64,000 nucleotides of DNA, taken from Eledone cirrhosa (lineage: Eukaryota). The notes under the pieces are model-generated. The model did not search any database. It saw only the letters and a list, made by a program, of their open reading frames with translations, and was not told the DNA's origin. Every line of letters starts with the position of its first letter. Within the stretch, counting starts at the first letter, position 1. Made by a program: the position numbers and the translations under genes. This document shows, piece after piece, positions 56,738-64,000 of this stretch. The stretch spans positions 27,094,001-27,158,000 of the forward strand of contig OZ024758.1 in NCBI GenBank assembly GCA_964016885.1, in the 5' to 3' direction.

Positions 56738-57445
56738 ATCATCATCATCATCATCTTCCGACGGCCTCAGCCGAAATCGATCAACAATTGATCTCCACGT
56801 GGGTCTGCTGTTCATTGCTGTTGCCAAGTCCTGGATTTCAATACCAGAATCTCTGGAGATTACATCGGGATAGGAGAGCTTGCGTCCCCTGTTATTAGTG
56901 ACTGCTTGTGGTTTCCAGAGCACTAAGGGGGACACAGCCTCATAGGTGGCACGATGGCAGTGGCCAGCAAATCGGGATAGGAGAGCTTGCGTCCCCTGTT
57001 ATTAGTGACTGCTTGTGGTTTCCAGAGCACTAAGGGGGACACAGCCTCATAGGTGGCACGATGGCAGTGGCCAGCAAATCGGGATAGGAGAGCTTGCGTC
57101 CCCTGTTATTAGTGACTGCTTGTGGTTTCCAGAGCACTAAGGGGGACACAGCCTCATAGGTGGCATGATGGCAGTGGCCAGCAAATCGGGATAGGAGAGC
57201 TTGCGTCCCCTGTTATTAGTGACTGCTTGTGGTTTCCAGAGCACTAATAGGGACACAGCCTCATAGGTGGCACGATGGCAGTGGCCAGCAAATCGGGATA
57301 GGAGAGCTTGTGGCCCCTGTTATTAGTGACTGCTTGTGGTTTCCAGAGCACTAAGGGGGGACACAGCCTCATAGGTGGCACGATGGCAGTGGCCAGCAAA
57401 TCGGGATAGGAGAGCTTGCGTCCCCTGTTATTAGTGACTGCTTGT
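56738..57445 (-). pseudogene. RTE-clade LINE 3' end with a (GAT)n tail and a 107-bp internal tandem amplification
   Basis: Minus strand reads RFAGHCHR..PLVLWKP..RGRKLSYPDVISRDSG..LATAMNSRPTWRSIV. Units start at 56865, 56972, 57079, 57186, 57293 and 57401. Confidence 0.8.
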
Positions 57446-57839
57446 TATGGTTTATAAAGCACTAATCTATATATAATTGTTTCTACTTTTGGCACAAGGC
57501 CAGCAATATATATATAACCAGCAACCTTAACTGTTGATAAGGTTGGTGGATGCTATATATACTTTTATTATACAAATACATTTCGTGTTTGTTGGCTTTT
57601 ATTTATCTCCAATTCTTTTATCTCTAGTAGATTGTCATGTCCTATTAGTGTCCAAATGTCATACTAAGTATTTATATACTGGAAGCTTGGCTTTATGTTG
57701 GCTAAGAGGCTTCCACTATGTATTGCCCTATCTTATCGGATTGTAATTAGAGATTTGAGAAGTCTATTGTTGTGGGCTGCAGTTTTCTAACTTGTAACAT
57801 CCTAACACAACTGTTATATATATTGGTGAAGTTGTTTTG

Positions 57840-58297
57840 CAGCACAGAGTCATGGCCCTTTACGTTCTTAGTTCAAATCCTACCGAGGTTAACTTTGCCT
57901 TTTAACCTTACGGTGTCGATAAAATAAAGTACCAGTAACGTACTGGGGGTAATTGCTGGCCTTGTGCCAAAAGTAAAAACAATTATTACGGTGTCAATAA
58001 AATAAAGTACCAGTAACACACTGGGGATAATTGCGGGCCTTGTGCCAAAAGTAAAAACAATTATTACGGTGTCGATAAAATAAAGTACCAGTAACACACT
58101 GGGGGTAATTGCTGGCCTTGTGCCAAAAGTAAAAACAATTATTACGGTGTCGATAAAATAAAGTACCAGTAACACACTGGGGTTAATTGCTGGCCTTGTG
58201 CCAAAAGTAAAAACAATTATTACGGTGTCGATAAAATAAAGTACCAGTAACACACTGGGGATAATTGCTGGCCTTGTGCCAAAAGTAGAAACAGTTA
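57840..58297 (+). repeat. MetaSINE copy with its 3' 78 bp repeated five times
   Basis: Period 78 from 57909. Confidence 0.9.
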
Positions 58298-58844
58298 TTG
58301 TAGTACTCATATGACTAACCTATTTGCGGGGAGTTCTATTTACGTCACATACATTGACTGCTGTTACTGTTTATAGTGTGTGATGTGTTTTGGTTTGTGT
58401 TTGTTGCAATTGTTTTATAATGGACAGAAAGTTCGTTGTTGAAGCTGAATACTTTGGTATGAAAACAATGATGATACTTCCGGTTTTTCTGTTGTGTTTA
58501 AATGTAATTCAAGGCATGTTTATGAAAGTGTTTGATGTTTTGTGTTGTCTACATGTATGTGAGGTTTGTTATTATTCTCTACTTATTGTCTACGCCTACA
58601 TTTTCAACATACTTGCCGGTAATTTTATTAAAAATCGACACCTTCGGATTCATATTGCGCTTAATGCTAATTTATCTGTTGATATGCTGTTTTCGTTTGT
58701 CAGAATTTAAACGATCATTGTATGTAGGTATGCAGATACTATTCCATTCAAACCGAGGACGTTGAACAGAGAGGAAACTGTTCAGCTGTTAAATGCTGTG
58801 AACGAAAGCGGTTCGGTGTGGCATCGGATCACAGGAGGACCCCT

Positions 58845-59075
58845 CGGTCCAAACCAGGAGGTTAAAGATGCCAACCGAGCTGAGAAGGAGGCTTACAAAG
58901 CTTGTCTTGAAAATAAGTCGTCCTTTTTGCACAATAAACAAGCGCAAAAGGTCGCAGCAGAGATAGTAAAGGTGTCTTACGTTATGACTTAGAAGAACTT
59001 TGGGGTTAAACTGGAATCCGACTTTAGAACAGCAAATAAAATATTTTGACAGACCATCTGCCGTATTCGTAATAA
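58845..59075 (+). pseudogene. Decayed RTE-type LINE ORF fragment (EN-RT linker)
   Basis: NQEVKDANRAEKEAYKACL..AQKVAAEIVK..*KNFGVKLESDFRTANKIF*QTICRIR. Confidence 0.65.
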
Positions 59076-60656
59076 GATGTGTCCCTCTTTAGGTCCTCTA
59101 TCAGGAACTCGTCTATTAAACACTCCAGAATTTAGGACTGTATAAACTCCTAATTGAGAATAGATTAATCACTCCTGTCAAAAATTAAAAGTGACTGCTA
59201 ATGTTAAGCATGAAAATAGATACCTTTTAGTCTATCCTTTCTTCTATTCTAGTAGGATATTTTGTAACCAGCCCGATTAATTATGACACAACATGTTTTA
59301 TGAAAATACTTAATTAAAAAAGGAATATTCATATTTATATATCTTAATAGTAATAAGTATTATACCAGAAAAAAACAAAAACAAAAAATAAGAATGACTA
59401 GGCAAGAAGAAGTGGTTGGAAGGAGAAAATTTATTTAGAGATAGTCCCTTAACATATGTTTCTGTACAATGTCAGTACACTAGCGCTGACTGCATATTCC
59501 CACGCTCAATCAGAAACATTACGTAAAAATATTGCACTTCATCAGAAAGAGTAAACGTTTATAGTCCAAGGTGAGGTCGCTGCATTTTGCAATAAGAATC
59601 ACTTACTGTTACCTGCTCAGACCTATAATCCCTATATATCTGAATTTTTGAGATGGTTTATAGTTAGTTTAAAATTTCCGGATTATTAACCTTGACTTCA
59701 ATCATTCCATTCAGTTGTTCAATTCCCATTTGTAATTTTTTAACAGATTCTTAGGACTATGGAAGAGTCATTAAGTCGTTTAAATCTTGTGTTACAAAGA
59801 AAGGCTGCATTGAAACATAAACCAGATAACACAGTATTGACACGAATATAGACATATTACACTAACACAGTGCTAATTAGATATTGTAAAAATGTGTGTT
59901 TACATCTACAGTTTGATCAAGTATAAAAGACAAAATTCATCTCGTTAATTAAAAACTAACTCAGAAACATAAAAACACTGAACCGTTGACAGTAAAATAT
60001 ATAATTTATGAACACTTAAACAATGTTTAATACAAACAGTATGATTAAAAGTTACAATTTTATATTTCTATCGTGATGTCTGATCTTTGGGCCATTTGTG
60101 ACATTAACATTCGTTAAGTTGCTATTAATTCGTGTTCTTTTTATTTATGAAGGAATCTAGAAAATTGATCTGAATTTAGACATTTTAATACTCAGTGAAA
60201 GTAGTAAACTTGCTCAGGGTTCCCAAATAGATGTAAATGTAGCGGTTCACGCCATTTTTGAAGAATGCACACTACTATTCATATTTAATTTTGAATACTT
60301 AAAATTTCTTTGAGCTACAATCTGCTATTTTAAAAAATTTTATTTGAAAATTTATATTGATGTTATTTTTTTGCCAATCAGTAAATTTTATAGTCAAATT
60401 AAATAAATCTACTTTTTCCATATTATTATGAATGAAGTGTCTTGAAGAAAAACAACAACAAATCACAGAACTAATATAATTATTATAACATTAAATGATT
60501 TAATATCGTATTTTACCAAAGCAGTTCATAAAAACGATGTTTGAGAAGAGTCAGTAAGGTGAACTTTCACGAATTTTATTAGCTATTGACATTTATTGCA
60601 TTATTGATAATGTATTGTATCATACAACAACTAATACAGTATTACAAATTACATTA

Positions 60657-61058
60657 TACGAGGCGCGGCTGAAAAGATCATAGGCTGACTATGAAGGCAG
60701 ACCTGCCAACCTCTAAAAACCCAAACGGGGAGTACTATAAACAAAAGTTCTCCAAAACGGGGAGAAATGAGGCAAAATGGGGAGATTTTAGATAATGAAA
60801 GTTATACCCATTTTCACAAGAGAAGACATCTTTCAACTACCCCAAAGTGGGTGGGAGATCTCCCTGTCCGACGGGGAGAGTTGACAGGTCTGTGAAGGAG
60901 TGATGCTAGAGCTGTGAAATCTTGCATGCATTAATTTCAACTCTCATTATTAATAACTGCAGTGTTCCTTATCAGGGACTAGATTAAAAGATAAACCTCA
61001 TTTGGTCATACCATGAGAGTATCTTGGTCAGCCTATGAATTTTTTCAGCCGACCCTCC
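60657..61058. mobile_element. Mariner-like MITE interrupted by a hAT-like MITE
   Basis: TA-CGAGGCGCGGCTGAAAAG..TTTTCAGCCGACCCTCC, same family as 6059-6487. Confidence 0.75.
60698..60892 (+). mobile_element. hAT-like MITE with a 6-bp target site duplication
   Basis: TIRs CAGACCTGCCAAC / GTTGACAGGTCTG flanked by TGAAGG at 60692-60697 and 60893-60898. Uninterrupted host copies have a single TGAAGG. Confidence 0.8.
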
Positions 61059-61254
61059 TTCATCAGTCATTACACGTGCACGTTAATATTTTTGAATATT
61101 TTCATCATAAATTCAACATTTCAGTATTATTCTAAAATACCTTTAAACTCAAAATACTTTGATAATTATAAATATGTTCTTCATAAATTCAACGTAACTT
61201 TTCAGTATTATTTAAAAACAATTTTAAACTCAAAATACTTTGATAATTATAAAT

Positions 61255-61443
61255 AATTGTTTCTATTTTAGGCACAAGGCCAGCAATTACCCAGTACATT
61301 ACATGTACTTTATTTTATCGACCCCGTAAGGATGAAAGGCAAAGTTAACCTCGGCGGGATTTGAACTCAGACTGTAAAGAGACGTAACTATGCTAGAAAG
61401 CATGGCGTCCAATCCTCTACCGATACTGCCAATTTACCGCCCT
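61255..61443 (-). mobile_element. MetaSINE-like element
   Basis: Matches the family consensus. A further fragment lies at 61545-61601. Confidence 0.85.
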
Positions 61444-61689
61444 GCATAATTATAAATAATTATGATAATTATAAATAATGATAATGATAATTATAAATAA
61501 TGATAATGATAATTATAAATAATGAATGCAGATATTGTAATAACTGTTTCTACTTTTGGCACAAGGCCAGCAATTACCCAGTTCATTACTGGTACTTTAT
61601 TGTAATAACATTCACATATATTACAGACTTCAGATTTGAAACCTCGTGGGCAGGCATTGTTGGAAGCATTGTTTGGCAACAGTGGTAGT

Positions 61690-61975
61690 ATGGTAAGGGT
61701 GTAGACCCCTTGGGTCACGAAAGACCATGGGATTCACACCTAGAAAGTTCCCCGGGCAAAGTTGTTTCTGGAAGACCAGCAGTCGCCCATGCATGCCGGT
61801 TTCCCCTCTCCACGTTACTGATGTTGTCCAAAGGAAAGGCAATGGTCGATTCAGCTTGGCACCAGTGACGTCGCAACTCATTTCTACAGCTGAGTAAACT
61901 GGAGCAACATGAAATAAAGTGTCTTGCTTAAGGACACAACACATCACACGGAATCGAATTCACAGCTTCGCAATT
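61690..61975 (-). mobile_element. tRNA-derived SINE with a CORE-like box
   Basis: Minus strand reads GTGTTGTGTCCTTAAGCAAGACACTTTATTTCATGTTGCTCCAG. The head is shared with the 12727 family but the 3' part differs. Confidence 0.7.
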
Positions 61976-63583
61976 GCATGTCCATGCATTGCATTTCCAG
62001 ACACAATCAAATTATATACCAGTAAACCATGCGTCTTGTATAGAAGATGCTTTTTTAAATTAATTTCTACTGGAGTCATAAGCGTATTGCTCCTATCATT
62101 TTAGGGGTGCAGACATTCATAATTTTCTGACAAAAATGACTAAATGTTCCAACAGCTTTTTTTTTGGTGGAGCAGCTCCTCCCCCCTATCAATACGCCAC
62201 TCTCTAATTGTTCTTGTTGCATGTCGACAGAAATTTCCTTTCATAGGATAACTCCTCCCACACTCATACATATGTATATATATCCAGAGAGAAATCAAAA
62301 ACCGATGAGGCTACGCATAATTCTCACATCTACAATTATTATGCAAGAGAGTGTGCAACTTAGTGTAATCATTAGAATATTAATGAGTGTCTCACTGGGA
62401 ATACAACTATTACAAATAGTCTTTCTCTTTCGAATAAAATTATTGCCTCAAAAAACGCAAAGGTTTTAAATATATTCAGATAGCAGTTGTACACTAATTG
62501 CAACTAGTAGAGTAATAAAAGAATACAGAATAAAGAATAAAAGAATGAAATAATAAAAGAATAAAGAATTTAAAAAATGAAAGAATAAAAAATGAAAGAA
62601 TAATTTATGTACGAACATCATCTTTCAGACACAGGCTCAGTATTTCTTAAATGCAGAAATGAATAAAGCTACAAAAATAAAGAGTTAACCAGAAAGTTCT
62701 TTATTTCAAGATATGAAGAAAAAGGTAGTGGTAAAATAGCTCAGTGGTCGAGAAAAATTAATCGCCTAATCTGTAGTTCTTTTACAAAGAAGAAGAAGAA
62801 GAAGAAGAAAGCATCTAATACTAAAAATTATAGAGTAAAAATAATGTCTGTAGTATATACTGATTACAACATATGAGATGGGAAAATACAAATAAAATAG
62901 TTTAGAAAGAATGGAAGTTATAACTCAAAAGAAAATGGCGAATGAGGAGGAAGAGAAGATGAAACACGTTATACAAGTGTGTGAAAGACGTTGATGAAGA
63001 ACTGGGACTAAAGTGAAGCATTAACATTTGCTTGAATAACCAGTTTTATCACATCTCTCGTTAGATCGACAATATCTAACGATAAAATCAACAGCCATTA
63101 CTATAGCAATTCCAATAGCAACAAACATGTCTTCATAAAAAAGATATATGTAGCATAACGTTTCACCTTACAATTGCATCTAAAAAGACGTCAATAAATC
63201 AGGAAATATATGAGCACGGGCGGGAAAAAATAAAAAAAAGGACACTTCTGTATACGTTCTTGTATCTTTCTATCTAGTGAATGTGTTAAAGATAGGTTTG
63301 TATGAATGTATGTATGCACCAATGTGTTCAGATGATAGCTAAGGTTATGAGTATAAGCCTATTACAAATTATAAATATACTCGGCTGAATCCACATGTCA
63401 AGTCAGAATGATAAATGTGTATACCCACAACCTACTACCTGAGATTAATGAGTTACGAATATTTCTTATACTATAAATACTAGCCTTGAATTGCATCTGG
63501 TATAAATTCATCAGAGTAAAGTGCCTGTCATATTTCCAGACACAATCAAATCATATACCTTCTGTTTTGAAGGCCAAATGAAA

Positions 63584-63616
<33 letters not shown>

Positions 63617-63623
<7 letters not shown>

Positions 63624-63955
63624 ATAAAAAATCAAAAGATGGTTAAAAGAGTTCCATGTATTTTGTGACTTCGAAGTTTCTGTTTGGTTACTTCATCTGT
63701 GATGCGCTTCTGTATATGTACGGCAACTCTCAAAATGTAGATGCAGTCATCATACACACAAACACACACATATATACTATATATATATATAGAGTGTCCA
63801 CCCAAAATGTATACACATATTTATTAGAATACTTTTAAAACTCTTTTAACCATTTTTTGATTTTATATTATTTATACTCCAGTCCTATAAACTGTTGAGT
63901 GCTACTTATCCGATATATGCATTGCTTTATTGTGCTACAATAAAACTCACCTCCT

Positions 63956-63960
<5 letters not shown>
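63617..63960 (+). mobile_element. PLE family D fragment (inverted end plus tail)
   Basis: Homologous to 16551-16592 and 16850-16970. The tail has GAGTGCT at 63898 and (TA)n lies on both sides. Confidence 0.7.

Positions 63961-64000
<40 letters not shown>

Overview
AT-rich, repeat-saturated animal genomic DNA with no recognisable host protein-coding gene. The SINE set and microsatellite density resemble a cephalopod (Octopus-like) genome; that is an inference. Almost every ORF in the track is a microsatellite or minisatellite artefact. The real content is: about 25 copies or fragments of a tRNA-derived MetaSINE-like family, decayed LINE fragments (CR1/L2-type and RTE-type), two non-autonomous Helitron-like elements, mariner-, piggyBac- and hAT-like MITEs, a 68/55-bp satellite and a 42-bp minisatellite. 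The main signal lies in the short unique islands between (TA)n tracts. About 20 of them carry intact or decayed type I hammerhead ribozyme cores (stem I-CUGANGA-stem II-GAAA-stem III-UH-stem I) from roughly ten unrelated sequence families. One family is physically attached to a Penelope-like GIY-YIG endonuclease ORF remnant (15180-15890), which identifies it, and by analogy the other islands, as pseudo-LTRs of Penelope-like retroelements. The families share a stereotyped (TA)n / inverted partial copy / forward copy + tail / (TA)n architecture. They also share a GAGTRCT-like motif usually about 20-30 nt into the tail. All ribozyme folds were assigned by eye and are untested.
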